A DNA stretch of 64,000 nucleotides from positions 1,269-65,268 of the forward strand of contig CAYIXI010000006.1 of the NCBI GenBank assembly GCA_964367235.1, read 5' to 3'. This DNA is from an uncultured Chitinophagaceae bacterium. GTDB lineage: Bacteria > Bacteroidota > Ignavibacteria > UBA10030 > UBA8401. The notes beneath the pieces are model-generated. The model worked only from the letters and a program-made list of their open reading frames with translations, was not told where the DNA came from and did no database searches. How positions within the stretch are numbered: the first letter of the stretch is position 1; each line of letters starts with the position of its first letter. The position numbers and the translations under genes were made by a program. Shown here piece by piece: positions 10,804 to 20,814 of this stretch.

Positions 10804-11625
10804 ATGAAGAATATAATAGTACAAAATTTCAAAATTGGTCAAAGCGAAAAACTTGTTTTTATAGCAGGACCGTGTGTTGTAGAAAATAAAAAATTAGTTT
10901 TTAAAGTTGCGGAAAAATTAAAAAGATTAAGCGAAAAACTCGATTTCAATTTGATTTTTAAATCTTCGTACAAAAAAGCAAATCGTACAAGTTTAAAAGG
11001 ATTCACAACTTTAGGAATTGATGAATCGCTTAAAATTCTATTAGATGTAAAAAAAGAATTATCGCTTCCAATTTTAACCGATGTACACACAATTGAAGAA
11101 ATTTCTTTTGTAAAAGATGTTGCTGATGTTTTACAAATCCCGGCATTTCTTTGTCGCCAAACTGATTTACTGCTTGCCGCAGGAAAAACATCTTGCGCGG
11201 TAAATATTAAAAAAGGACAATTTCTTGCGCCGGGTGATATGAAGTTCCCAATTGAAAAAGTTTTGTCAACTGGAAATAAAAATATACTTGTAACCGAACG
11301 AGGCACTTCATTTGGTTATCACGATTTAGTTGTGGATATGCGCGGACTTGTTGAAATGAAAAAATTTGGTTTCCCAGTAATTATGGATGTTACGCATTCG
11401 GTTCAAAAACCAAGCGCGAGAAATGGAAAAAGTGGTGGCGCACCGGAATATATTTTTCCACTTGCAAGAGCCGCCGCGGCAGTTGGCGTAAATGGTTTTT
11501 TTATTGAAACGCATCCGAATCCTGCAAAGGCTTTCAGCGATGCTGAATCGCAATTACCACTTGATAAATTTGAAAAACTTGCGATTGAGTTAATGGAGAT
11601 TCACGATGTTACAAGAAAATTTTAA
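10804..11625 (+). CDS. kdsA: 3-deoxy-8-phosphooctulonate (KDO-8-P) synthase
   Basis: FIAGPCVVE, KSSYKKANRTS and TERG..FGY motifs; 273 aa. Confidence 0.9.
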   Translation: MKNIIVQNFKIGQSEKLVFIAGPCVVENKKLVFKVAEKLKRLSEKLDFNLIFKSSYKKANRTSLKGFTTLGIDESLKILLDVKKELSLPILTDVHTIEEISFVKDVADVLQIPAFLCRQTDLLLAAGKTSCAVNIKKGQFLAPGDMKFPIEKVLSTGNKNILVTERGTSFGYHDLVVDMRGLVEMKKFGFPVIMDVTHSVQKPSARNGKSGGAPEYIFPLARAAAAVGVNGFFIETHPNPAKAFSDAESQLPLDKFEKLAIELMEIHDVTRKF

Positions 11626-12376
11626 TTTAAATGGAAATGGCGAATCAAAATTTCCGAGAAAATTATCTGTAACAGAAAAAGATTTGTTGTTGTGGTTATT
11701 ACCTGAAAATAAAACTGGTTACAAAAAATATCGCGATTATTTAAATAGTTCAAATGTTATTGGATTTGGCAGACGCGGAATTGGAAATTTAATTTTAAGT
11801 AATAAAAATATTTCTGCTGATTTAGATATTCCTTTGCCACAAGTTTTTGCATTTGGAATGGTTGTTGGGAAAACCCAACAAATATCGGTATCAATTAGAG
11901 AAATAATTTACGATCAATTGGAAATCGAAATTGATGGTTTAGATGATAAGGAATTGGTAATTGATTTTAACGAAACAAAAAGATGGAGTTTTTCGGATTG
12001 GAGTGAAAAAAAAGTTTGTCCGATTTGCACTGGCGAATTACGCGAAATAAAATTCAGCAATTATATTTTAGTATTTTGTAAAACCGATGAACGCATTTGG
12101 ATTAACAATTTAGAAACAGGTGTGAATCATTTAATTCCAATTACAAATTATTATAACGAACTGATGTTGCTAAAAAATATTCGAGATCCAATATTGGTAC
12201 TAAACTCAAAAAATCTTTTCAATAGTTTAGAAACATTTACCAACAATGAATTGATAAATTCTTTTATCGCTTACAATCGATTAAGAAAAAAAGTTGATAT
12301 AAATAATTATTTTACAACAGAACAGAATCAAACTAATTCTTTTTTAAAAAAATTTAGTTCATTATTTTCAAGATAA
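11606..12376 (+). CDS. Hypothetical protein embedded in KDO/Lpt operon (256 aa, cytoplasmic, CPIC...C motif)
   Basis: ORF overlaps the kdsA 3' end by 20 nt and ends 5 nt before kdsD. No recognisable HAD (KdsC) or nucleotidyltransferase (KdsB) motifs. Confidence 0.5.
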   Translation: MLQENFNLNGNGESKFPRKLSVTEKDLLLWLLPENKTGYKKYRDYLNSSNVIGFGRRGIGNLILSNKNISADLDIPLPQVFAFGMVVGKTQQISVSIREIIYDQLEIEIDGLDDKELVIDFNETKRWSFSDWSEKKVCPICTGELREIKFSNYILVFCKTDERIWINNLETGVNHLIPITNYYNELMLLKNIRDPILVLNSKNLFNSLETFTNNELINSFIAYNRLRKKVDINNYFTTEQNQTNSFLKKFSSLFSR

Positions 12377-12380
12377 AAAA

Positions 12381-13367
12381 ATGAAAACAAATAAATATTC
12401 AGTTGATATTAAACGCGGAAAAAGAGTAGTTCAAATTGAAGCAAAAGCGTTACTCGATTTGGAGAAAAAAATCGACAAAAATTTTGCAAAAGCAGTCGAA
12501 ACAATTTTTAATTGCAAAGGACGAGTGATAATTACTGGTACGGGAAAGTCCGGGCTTATTGCGAGAAAAATTGTTGCGACATTGAACTCAACTGGTACGC
12601 CCGCATTATTTCTTCATCCAACTGACGCGGTGCATGGCGATTTGGGAATGGTGAAAAGAGAGGATGTAGCAATTTTAATTTCAAAAAGTGGCGACACGCA
12701 AGAGCTTCGTCCTCTTGTTCCGATTTTTAAAGTAACAAAAATAAAAATAATTTCTATTCTTGGAAAACTAAATTCGTATTTAGCAAAATCAAGCGACATT
12801 GTTTTAGATGCAACTGTAAAAGAGGAAGCTTGTCCGCATGATTTAGCGCCGACAACTTCAACAACTGTTGCGCTTGCATTTGGCGATGCGCTTGCAATTG
12901 CTCTTTTAGAAAAAAGAAATTTCACCGCTGAGGATTTTGCGCTATTTCATCCGGGCGGGATGTTAGGCAAAAAATTAAATTCAACTTTAAAAGAATTTAT
13001 GGTCAGCGGAAAGGATCTTCCATGTGTAAAAGAAAATATTTCGCTACACGATACGATTTTAGAAATTACCTCAAAACGATTAGGCGCAACTTGTGTTGTA
13101 AACAATAGGGAAATCATCAGTGGAATTGTAACTGATGGAGATTTGCGAAGACTTTTGCAAGGTGGAAAAGGATTAAAAAATATTTGTGCGCGAGATATTA
13201 TGTCTAAAAATCCGAAAACAGTTTTAAGTAATACATTAGCCGTAGTTGGTTTGGAAATTATGGAGTCCTTTAGCATTACGCAATTAATTGTTGTTGATGG
13301 AAAAAAGAAACCAGTTGGGATGGTACATTTACACGATTTAGTAAAAGCTGGATTACAATCGGAATAA
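12381..13367 (+). CDS. kdsD: Arabinose-5-phosphate isomerase (KpsF/GutQ family; SIS + tandem CBS)
   Basis: GRVIITGTGKSG SIS motif and a C-terminal CBS pair. Confidence 0.85.
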   Translation: MKTNKYSVDIKRGKRVVQIEAKALLDLEKKIDKNFAKAVETIFNCKGRVIITGTGKSGLIARKIVATLNSTGTPALFLHPTDAVHGDLGMVKREDVAILISKSGDTQELRPLVPIFKVTKIKIISILGKLNSYLAKSSDIVLDATVKEEACPHDLAPTTSTTVALAFGDALAIALLEKRNFTAEDFALFHPGGMLGKKLNSTLKEFMVSGKDLPCVKENISLHDTILEITSKRLGATCVVNNREIISGIVTDGDLRRLLQGGKGLKNICARDIMSKNPKTVLSNTLAVVGLEIMESFSITQLIVVDGKKKPVGMVHLHDLVKAGLQSE

Positions 13368-13368
13368 A

Positions 13369-13902
13369 ATGAAGCAGATAATTTTATTTTTATTTTGTTC
13401 GATATTATTTATTTCCTGTACCGATAATATTAAACCAACTGCGCTAAGTGGAAGTTCAAAAAATATTTATCCCGAACAAGAAGGATGGAACAACACGGTA
13501 ACTTTTAGCGATTCAGGCATGGTTCGCGCAATTTTAATTGCTGGTCATTTAACTCAATTTCAAAATTCGTCAAGAACAATAATAGACGAAGGAATGAAAA
13601 TTCATTTTTTTAATAATTATGGTGTGCACTCATCAATCTTAACTGCGCAAAGTGGTTGGGCAGATGAAGAATCAAAAGATCTTTATGCAAAAGGAGATGT
13701 AAAAATTATTTCAGATAGTGGCGTTGTGGTTGAGTCGACTGAAATGAATTGGAGCAACACAACGCAAAAAGTTTTTTCCGATAAATTCGTAAAAATAATT
13801 TCGAAAACAGAAATATTGCAAGGACATGGTTTTGAATCTGATCACAATCTTCAAAATTATAAAATTTTCAAAGTTTCTGGTACAGCGCAAAGCGTAGAGT
13901 GA
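13369..13902 (+). CDS. lptC: LptC-like lipoprotein (LPS export)
   Basis: Lipobox FISC, OstA-like fold size (177 aa), sits between kdsD and lptA. Confidence 0.6.
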   Translation: MKQIILFLFCSILFISCTDNIKPTALSGSSKNIYPEQEGWNNTVTFSDSGMVRAILIAGHLTQFQNSSRTIIDEGMKIHFFNNYGVHSSILTAQSGWADEESKDLYAKGDVKIISDSGVVVESTEMNWSNTTQKVFSDKFVKIISKTEILQGHGFESDHNLQNYKIFKVSGTAQSVE

Positions 13903-13912
13903 AAAATTCAGA

Positions 13913-15184
13913 ATGAAATTTCGATTTGAAAAAAGAAAAGTATTAAAAATTATATTTTTATCAGTTTTTATTTTCGTTAAAAGTTTTTCACAACAAGTCA
14001 TTGTTTTAGAAAATGCAGATGAAATTTCCGGTAGCACAATTAATGATGAAAAAATTAGAGAGCTAAACGGAAATGTGCGATTGACGCATGGTGAGATGAA
14101 AATCAGATGCGATAAGGCTGTTCAATATCTTTCCCGAAATGAAATTGATTTGCGTGGCAATGTAAAAATCATTCGTGGAAAAATGATAATAAATACAAAA
14201 GAGGCGCATTACGATGGAAACAATAAAATCACCAATTGTAAGAATGGAGTTGAGCTTTTTAGAAATAGGTTTCATGTAATTGCAGAGCAGGGAATTTATT
14301 TTTCAAACGAAGATAGAGCAGAGTTTAAAGGAAAAGTTGAAGCGAAAGATTCTGTTTCTATTATTAATTGTGAGGAATTAAAATATTTTGAAAAAGATGA
14401 AAAGGCGATTGCATTAAAAAATGTTCGAGTAAGCAACAACGATAAATCGATGGTTGTTAATTCTCAAAAATTAGAGCATTATGAAAAAAATGGATTGAGC
14501 AAATTTTCTATTAAGCCAATTTTAGTTCAAGTCGATACAACCGAAGATGGAGTGGTTGATACTTTAGCAGTCTCAAGTGAAATTATGGATATTTACGACG
14601 ACTCAACTCAACAAATGATTGCAGTAGGAAATGTTTTACTCGCCAAAGGAAACTTGGGAGTGAAATGTAAAAATTTAAATTATGAACGAGCAAATGAAAA
14701 AATAATATTTACTTCGGAGCCATGGTTGTGGTATGAAAACTCGCAAATATCTGGCGACACAATTATCGCAAAATTAAAAAATCGTAATTTGGAACAACTG
14801 GAAATTAACAAAAGAGCATTTATGTCAACACTAAACGACTCAGTAAATAAGAATCGTTACGATCAAATGTCGGGAAAAAAAATCAAATTGAATTTTGAAA
14901 ATAAAAATTTAAACAATATTTCAATTGATGGAAATGCAACAAGTTTGTATTATCTTTTTGATGAAGGAAGATCAAAGGGAGCGAATAAAACAAGTGGCGA
15001 TAAAATATCAATAAATTTTCTTGATGGAAAGATTTCTACTATCGCTATAAAAAAAGGAGTTGAGGGAATTTATTTTCCAGAAAAAATGATTCGCGCAAAT
15101 CCATTGGAAGTAAATTTAGAAGGATTTATAATCAAAGAAGGAAAACCGACAATCAAAAAAATTATTTTTGGAGAAAAAAATTGA
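13913..15184 (+). CDS. lptA: LptA/OstA-family periplasmic protein (extended, 423 aa)
   Basis: Signal peptide and repeated OstA-like beta-jellyroll segments; immediately upstream of lptB with a TTGA overlap. Confidence 0.6.
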   Translation: MKFRFEKRKVLKIIFLSVFIFVKSFSQQVIVLENADEISGSTINDEKIRELNGNVRLTHGEMKIRCDKAVQYLSRNEIDLRGNVKIIRGKMIINTKEAHYDGNNKITNCKNGVELFRNRFHVIAEQGIYFSNEDRAEFKGKVEAKDSVSIINCEELKYFEKDEKAIALKNVRVSNNDKSMVVNSQKLEHYEKNGLSKFSIKPILVQVDTTEDGVVDTLAVSSEIMDIYDDSTQQMIAVGNVLLAKGNLGVKCKNLNYERANEKIIFTSEPWLWYENSQISGDTIIAKLKNRNLEQLEINKRAFMSTLNDSVNKNRYDQMSGKKIKLNFENKNLNNISIDGNATSLYYLFDEGRSKGANKTSGDKISINFLDGKISTIAIKKGVEGIYFPEKMIRANPLEVNLEGFIIKEGKPTIKKIIFGEKN

Positions 15185-15927
15185 GCGGAAAAAGTAAACT
15201 TCGCGCAGAAGGATTATCAAAAAAATATAAAAAGCGCACAGTCGTTAGTGGCGTTTCAATCGAATTGGAGCAGGGCGAAATTGTTGGCTTGCTTGGTCCA
15301 AATGGAGCTGGAAAAACTACAACTTTTTTTATGATTGTCGGAATGATTCGTCCCGATAGTGGCGAGGTTTTTTTTGAAAATGAAAACATCACGCATTTGC
15401 CAATGTATAAAAGGGCTAAAAAAGGAATTGGTTATCTTCCGCAGGAGGCGTCGATTTTTAGAAATTTAAGCGTGAAGGAAAATATAAATGCGATTTTGGA
15501 ATTAACGAATTTAAATCAAATTGAAAAAAAAGAAAAATGCGATAAACTTTTAGAAGATTTTGGATTAACAAAAATTGCAGATAGTAAAGGATTTATGCTT
15601 TCAGGTGGCGAAAGAAGAAGAACGGAAATTGCACGAGCACTTGCAACATCGCCAAAATTTATTTTACTTGATGAACCATTTGCAGGAATCGATCCGATTG
15701 CAGTTGAAGAAATTATGAGAATTATAAATGATTTAAAAAAACGAAACATAGGAATTTTGATTACCGATCATAATGTGCACGAAACACTTTCAATCACTGA
15801 TAGATCGTATCTTTTGTATTTGGGAAAAATATTAAAAAGTGGAACTGCCGATGAACTTGCAAATGATGCAGAGGTTCGCAGACTTTATTTGGGTGAAAGT
15901 TTTAGACTTGATAGATATGAATTATAA
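15181..15927 (+). CDS. lptB: LPS export ABC transporter ATP-binding protein LptB
   Basis: Walker A GPNGAGKTT, ABC signature LSGGERRR, Walker B ILLDEP. Apparent TTG start. Confidence 0.9.
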   Translation: MSGKSKLRAEGLSKKYKKRTVVSGVSIELEQGEIVGLLGPNGAGKTTTFFMIVGMIRPDSGEVFFENENITHLPMYKRAKKGIGYLPQEASIFRNLSVKENINAILELTNLNQIEKKEKCDKLLEDFGLTKIADSKGFMLSGGERRRTEIARALATSPKFILLDEPFAGIDPIAVEEIMRIINDLKKRNIGILITDHNVHETLSITDRSYLLYLGKILKSGTADELANDAEVRRLYLGESFRLDRYEL

Positions 15928-15943
15928 TTAAAGGAAAAAATAA

Positions 15944-16960
15944 ATGGTAATTGTTTTAAAAGAAAAAATTAAAGAAGAAGAAATAAAACATATTTCTGAT
16001 GTATTAACTGAATTTGGTTTTGCAATTCATCGTTCGGATGGAGAAGTCCAAACAATTTTAGGTGCAATTGGTGCGCATCCTGAATTTGATAAACGAATGA
16101 TTGAAGTTTTACCGGGAGTTGAATCTGTTTTTAGAATCACCGAGCCTTACAAATTAGTTAGTCGATCTTTCAAACCAGATAACACAATTATAAAAATTAA
16201 AGATGTTGAGATTGGCGGAAAAAATATTATTGTAATGGCAGGACCTTGTTCGATTGAAAGTGAAAAACAAATATTTCAAATAGCAGAGAGTATAAAAAAA
16301 TCTGGAGCTAAAATTTTGCGAGGAGGAGCATTCAAACCAAGAACATCGCCATACGCATTTCAAGGAATGGGAGTTGAAGGATTGAAATTGATGCAAAAAG
16401 CTGGAGAAGAATACGGTCTTTTAACAATCACAGAAGTAATGGATGCATCGCAAATCGAAATTGTTGCGGAGTATTCGGATATATTTCAAATCGGTGCACG
16501 CAACATGCAAAATTTTTCTTTTCTAAAAGAATTGGGAAAAACAAGAAAACCAATTTTATTAAAACGAGGAATTTCGGCGACATACGATGAGTGGTTGATG
16601 GCGGCAGAATATATTTTGGCCGGCGGAAATTTCGAAATGATGTTTTGCGAAAGAGGGATTAGAACTTTTGAAACTGGCACGAGAAATACTATGGATATTG
16701 GGGCGATTCCGGTGATTCAAAAACGAAGTCATCTGCCGGTGATTGCAGACCCGTCGCATGGAATTGGAATTAGAGATAAAGTAATTCCGATGGCGCGCGC
16801 TTCGGTTGCGGCAGGCGCAGATGGATTAATTATTGAAGTGCATAATGATCCCGACCACGCAAAATCTGATGGAGCGCAATCGCTTTTTCCAAAACAGTTT
16901 GATGAATTGATGAAACAATCAAAAATAATTGCCGAAGCAATTGGTCGCACATTAGTTTGA
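15944..16960 (+). CDS. 3-deoxy-D-arabino-heptulosonate-7-phosphate synthase (type I-beta) with N-terminal ACT/ferredoxin-like regulatory domain
   Basis: The C-terminal core (GPCSIES, KPRTSPY) resembles the KdsA/AroG I-beta fold. An ~80 aa N-terminal extension resembles the Tyr/Phe-binding domain of Thermotoga-type DAH7PS. RBS AAAGGAAAAAA. Confidence 0.8.
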   Translation: MVIVLKEKIKEEEIKHISDVLTEFGFAIHRSDGEVQTILGAIGAHPEFDKRMIEVLPGVESVFRITEPYKLVSRSFKPDNTIIKIKDVEIGGKNIIVMAGPCSIESEKQIFQIAESIKKSGAKILRGGAFKPRTSPYAFQGMGVEGLKLMQKAGEEYGLLTITEVMDASQIEIVAEYSDIFQIGARNMQNFSFLKELGKTRKPILLKRGISATYDEWLMAAEYILAGGNFEMMFCERGIRTFETGTRNTMDIGAIPVIQKRSHLPVIADPSHGIGIRDKVIPMARASVAAGADGLIIEVHNDPDHAKSDGAQSLFPKQFDELMKQSKIIAEAIGRTLV

Positions 16961-17811
16961 TGAAAGAAAAATATAATATTGCGATTATTGGAGTTGGATT
17001 AATTGGTGGCTCACTTGGGCTTGCAATAAAAAATTCAAAACTTAAAGCAAATATTATTGGATTTGATAAAAGTAAAGTTCTAGAAAAAGCAAATAAAATT
17101 GGCGCAATTGATTCTGGCAGTACAGATATAAAAGAAGTTGTCAAAAATGCTGACTTGATAATTTTAGCACTGCATTTAAAATTAAATTTGAGATATTTAA
17201 AAATTGTTTCGGCGCTTGCAAAAAATAACTCTATTATAGTTGATGTTGGAAGTGTTAAAAGTAATATTTCAAGTCTTTCCAAAAAATATTTAAAAGCAAA
17301 ACAAATATTTATTCCAGCGCATCCAATGGCTGGTAGCGAAAAGCAAGGGGTGGAAAATGCAAATAGTAAATTATTTCAAAATACAACTTTTGTAATTTGT
17401 AGCGATAAAAATTCAAACACAGACATTTCAAAATTATTAGAAATTATTAAAGCAATTGGAGCAAACATTCTTTTTGTTTCAGCAAAAAAGCATGATAAAA
17501 TCGTAGCTTCGATCAGTCATTTGCCACAGTTGATTTCAGTTGCGTTGATGAATTCCATTCCGAATGATGAAAGAAATATTTCTTACAAAATGGCCGCAAA
17601 CGGTTTTAAAGATTTAACCAGAATTGCATCAAGCAAGTTTACTGTTTGGGAAGATATTTTAAAAGAAAATAAAACTGAAATATTGAAGTCTATTTCAAAC
17701 TTCAAAAATAATTTATCTCAAATTGAAAATGATTTGAAAAATAATAATTTTAAAGAGTTACAAAATAAATTTAAAAAATCGAACAAGGAAAGAGATAAAT
17801 TATTTTTTTGA
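16960..17811 (+). CDS. tyrA: Prephenate dehydrogenase
   Basis: IAIIGVGLIGGSLG Rossmann motif and AHPMAGSE. The ATG at 16960 overlaps the DAHP synthase stop (TGATG); the track starts at TTG 16957. Confidence 0.85.
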   Translation: MKEKYNIAIIGVGLIGGSLGLAIKNSKLKANIIGFDKSKVLEKANKIGAIDSGSTDIKEVVKNADLIILALHLKLNLRYLKIVSALAKNNSIIVDVGSVKSNISSLSKKYLKAKQIFIPAHPMAGSEKQGVENANSKLFQNTTFVICSDKNSNTDISKLLEIIKAIGANILFVSAKKHDKIVASISHLPQLISVALMNSIPNDERNISYKMAANGFKDLTRIASSKFTVWEDILKENKTEILKSISNFKNNLSQIENDLKNNNFKELQNKFKKSNKERDKLFF

Positions 17812-18057
17812 TTCTGTTGATGTGGGTTTTGTTTCTTTTGGTGGCACAGGTTTAGATTCTTTTGGTGATGTGGATTTTTTATAATCGGTTAAATAAAAAC
17901 CACTTCCTTTAAAAATCAATCCAGCGCCACTACCAAAAAGTCGTTCCAAATTTTCAGTATTGCAATTTGGGCACGCTTTTAAAGGCTCGTCGGACATAGT
18001 TTGAAAAATCTCTAATTCGAATTTACAATTTGTACATTTGTAATCGTAAGTTGGCAT
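17800..18057 (-). CDS. FmdB-family regulatory zinc-ribbon protein
   Basis: MPTYDYKCTNCKFE...CPNC motif and a Pro/Lys-rich tail. Confidence 0.75.
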   Translation of the reverse strand: MPTYDYKCTNCKFELEIFQTMSDEPLKACPNCNTENLERLFGSGAGLIFKGSGFYLTDYKKSTSPKESKPVPPKETKPTSTESKK

Positions 18058-18085
18058 TTAAAAAACCTTAACATTATTTTGATAA

Positions 18086-19609
18086 ATGAAAATACGAAAT
18101 ATTTCAACGCGCTTCAATTTAATTGCATTTGTGTTTATTATTTTAAACCAAACTTTAATAAGTGGTGCGAACTTCGAAATCGATTCCACGAAAAAAAATT
18201 ATTTTTATAATTTAAATTTAGGATTAAATCTTTCGGTAACTCCGCAAATAAAAGAAAACTCATTTGATTCTACTTTAGAATATTTCGATTCTAAAAATGT
18301 TAATTTATTTTTAAATCCGATAACCGCTACAAGTTGGGAAAATATTCTACCAATGATTAATTTATCATTGCAGATACGAAATGAAGATTGGTTAGAATTT
18401 GAAATAAAAACTGCATTCAGAAAAGATGCCGAAGCTTGGTATCGTGATAAAAATTCTACAAACATATTTACTACTTCCCGTGAAATAGATATTAACTTTC
18501 CAACCATTTCAAAATTAACTATAAAAAAAGAAAACTTTATATTTTATATTGGTCGATTTCCATTTACACTAAATAATAATACAAACAGAAGCGTAACTTT
18601 ATCTGGATCCCCTTACGATGATGGGTTTGTAGCAAAATATATTTTAAAAAATATTGGCTTTACATTTTATATTTCAAGTTTAAATCCTTGGCTTCATAAT
18701 ATAAATATTAGGGATAGTTCTTCGGAATATTATAGGCAATCGCAATTATTATTGCTTTCTCAACAAAAAGGAAGAATATTTTCCGCTCCATACAAAACAC
18801 TTGTTGCGCACGATATAAAATATTCTAATAATAATTTCGAATTTAGAATTAGCGAACTTTCAATGATTGGTGGAAAATATCCGACATTGAGTGATTTAAA
18901 TCCATTTGTTGCTTGGCATAACGATTATAATGATAACTACGCAAACATATTCGTTGCAGTTCAATCGGCTTACAAATATTCAGATTTTAAAGTTTATGGT
19001 GAAATTGCGATAGATGATATTTTAGGTGGAATGAATGAAACTTCTGCCGACTCACGAAATATTTATGCATTCATTTTTGGAAGTATATTTGAAAGAAAAA
19101 ATAATTTATCAAAAATTACAATTCGCGTTGAGGCAATTTCTGTCAATCCATATTTTGGAAATCACGATATACCACTTCTAAAATTAATTTCGCGTAGAAT
19201 GTATTATTCTAATTATCGCTCTAGAAATAAACTACTTTACTCCGACACATATTTTGCCGATTATCCACTTGGCTATTATCGAGGTCCCGATGTGAAAGAT
19301 GTTTGGATTGATTTTAATTATGAAAGAGAAAATATTTCCGTCTCAAATAATTTTGGATGGCTACGAAAAGGAAGTATTACACTTGGTCACGCGCACAAAG
19401 GTGATGACGATAAAACAAAAACAGATTATGATTTGATTCTACCTTTAAAGCCAACAACTGAATTAAGAAATAATTTTATGATTTATTATAATTATGATAA
19501 AAATTATATTTTCAATTTAGGATTGATGATTAGAAAAATTGATAAAATAAATATTTATTATTTTGTCGGGATGAGTTACAATGTTCCGATTTTAAGTTCG
19601 GAAAATTAA
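18086..19609 (+). CDS. Hypothetical outer-membrane protein (signal peptide, Asn/Tyr-rich, beta-barrel-like; possibly Wzi-like)
   Basis: Signal peptide, alternating beta-strand patterns, 507 aa; no motifs recognised. Confidence 0.5.
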   Translation: MKIRNISTRFNLIAFVFIILNQTLISGANFEIDSTKKNYFYNLNLGLNLSVTPQIKENSFDSTLEYFDSKNVNLFLNPITATSWENILPMINLSLQIRNEDWLEFEIKTAFRKDAEAWYRDKNSTNIFTTSREIDINFPTISKLTIKKENFIFYIGRFPFTLNNNTNRSVTLSGSPYDDGFVAKYILKNIGFTFYISSLNPWLHNINIRDSSSEYYRQSQLLLLSQQKGRIFSAPYKTLVAHDIKYSNNNFEFRISELSMIGGKYPTLSDLNPFVAWHNDYNDNYANIFVAVQSAYKYSDFKVYGEIAIDDILGGMNETSADSRNIYAFIFGSIFERKNNLSKITIRVEAISVNPYFGNHDIPLLKLISRRMYYSNYRSRNKLLYSDTYFADYPLGYYRGPDVKDVWIDFNYERENISVSNNFGWLRKGSITLGHAHKGDDDKTKTDYDLILPLKPTTELRNNFMIYYNYDKNYIFNLGLMIRKIDKINIYYFVGMSYNVPILSSEN

Positions 19610-20808
19610 CCTTTGCTTAATTTCTCAAATCCTCTTTTTAATCGCGCGCAAGCTTTTTCTAAATTATCCATACTGCAAGCATAAGATAACCGAATATGAT
19701 TTGGGCTTCCAAAAGCAGACCCCGGAACCATTACAACTTTTTCTTCTTCAATAAAATATTTTACCAAATTATCGACAGTTTTAATTGTTACACCTTTATA
19801 TTTTTTATTTAAATATTTACCCACATTCGGAAAAAGATAAAACGCACCTTGTGGTTTTGCTGAAGTTATATTTGGAATCGAAGTTAGTTGTTTAAAAATA
19901 TAATTTCGTCGCTTCTCAAATTCTTTTCTCATAATTTCAACATCCGGACTTTCTTTTGAAATTGCCTCAAGCGCCGCGTATTGCGAAATTGAAGAAGCGT
20001 TTGATGTAACTTGACTTTGAACAGTTCCGGCGGCTTTAATCACTTCAAGGCATCCTGCCGCATACCCAAGTCTCCATCCAGTCATTGAAAATGCTTTTGA
20101 AACTCCATTTATAGTAATAACGCGATTACGAATAGAATCGTATTGCCCGATGCTTACATGTTTTGCTCCGTCGTAAATTATCTTTTCGTAAATCTCATCG
20201 CTAATTACAAAAATATTTGTTTTCTCAATTATCTTTACAATTTGCTCAATTACTTTTTTATTATAAACTACTCCTGTGGGATTACTCGGAGAACAAAGTA
20301 TAATTGCTTTTGTTTTTTTCGTAATAGATTTTCTTAATTCCGCAGGATTTATTGCAAAATCATTTTTCTGATTTGTGTTCAGTATTATAGGTTTTGCATC
20401 AACCAATTTTACCATTTCCGGGTAACTAACCCAAAACGGCGCTGGAATTATTACCTCATCTTTGGGATTGCAAATAGCCTGCAAAACATTGAAAATAGAT
20501 TGTTTTGCGCCACTTGAAACCAAAATATTTTTTTCACTCCAATCCAGCCCGTTATCTTTTTTTAATTTTTCGGCAATTGCTTTTCTAAGTGGAATTATTC
20601 CAGAATTAAGCGTGTATTTTGTTTTATTACTATTGATTGCATCGATGGCGGCAAATTTTATATGAGTTGGGGTTGGAAAATCCGGTTCACCAGCTGTTAA
20701 TGAAACGACATCATGCCCTTCGCTTTGAAGTTTTTGAGCAAGCGCAGTTAATGCTAAAGTTTGAGATTCGTTACATGCAGCAATTTTTTTTGAGAGTTTT
20801 GGAAGCAT
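19606..20808 (-). CDS. PLP-dependent aminotransferase class I/II (aspartate/aromatic aminotransferase-like)
   Basis: SKAFSMTGWRLGY lysine motif, 400 aa. Confidence 0.85.
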   Translation of the reverse strand: MLPKLSKKIAACNESQTLALTALAQKLQSEGHDVVSLTAGEPDFPTPTHIKFAAIDAINSNKTKYTLNSGIIPLRKAIAEKLKKDNGLDWSEKNILVSSGAKQSIFNVLQAICNPKDEVIIPAPFWVSYPEMVKLVDAKPIILNTNQKNDFAINPAELRKSITKKTKAIILCSPSNPTGVVYNKKVIEQIVKIIEKTNIFVISDEIYEKIIYDGAKHVSIGQYDSIRNRVITINGVSKAFSMTGWRLGYAAGCLEVIKAAGTVQSQVTSNASSISQYAALEAISKESPDVEIMRKEFEKRRNYIFKQLTSIPNITSAKPQGAFYLFPNVGKYLNKKYKGVTIKTVDNLVKYFIEEEKVVMVPGSAFGSPNHIRLSYACSMDNLEKACARLKRGFEKLSKG

Positions 20809-20814
20809 TAGATT

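Noticed and set aside
11606-12376. The embedded unknown gene as KdsC (HAD phosphatase) or KdsB (CMP-KDO synthetase).
   Set aside because: It has no N-terminal DxD HAD motif and no PAR..S.R nucleotidyltransferase motif, so it was left as hypothetical.
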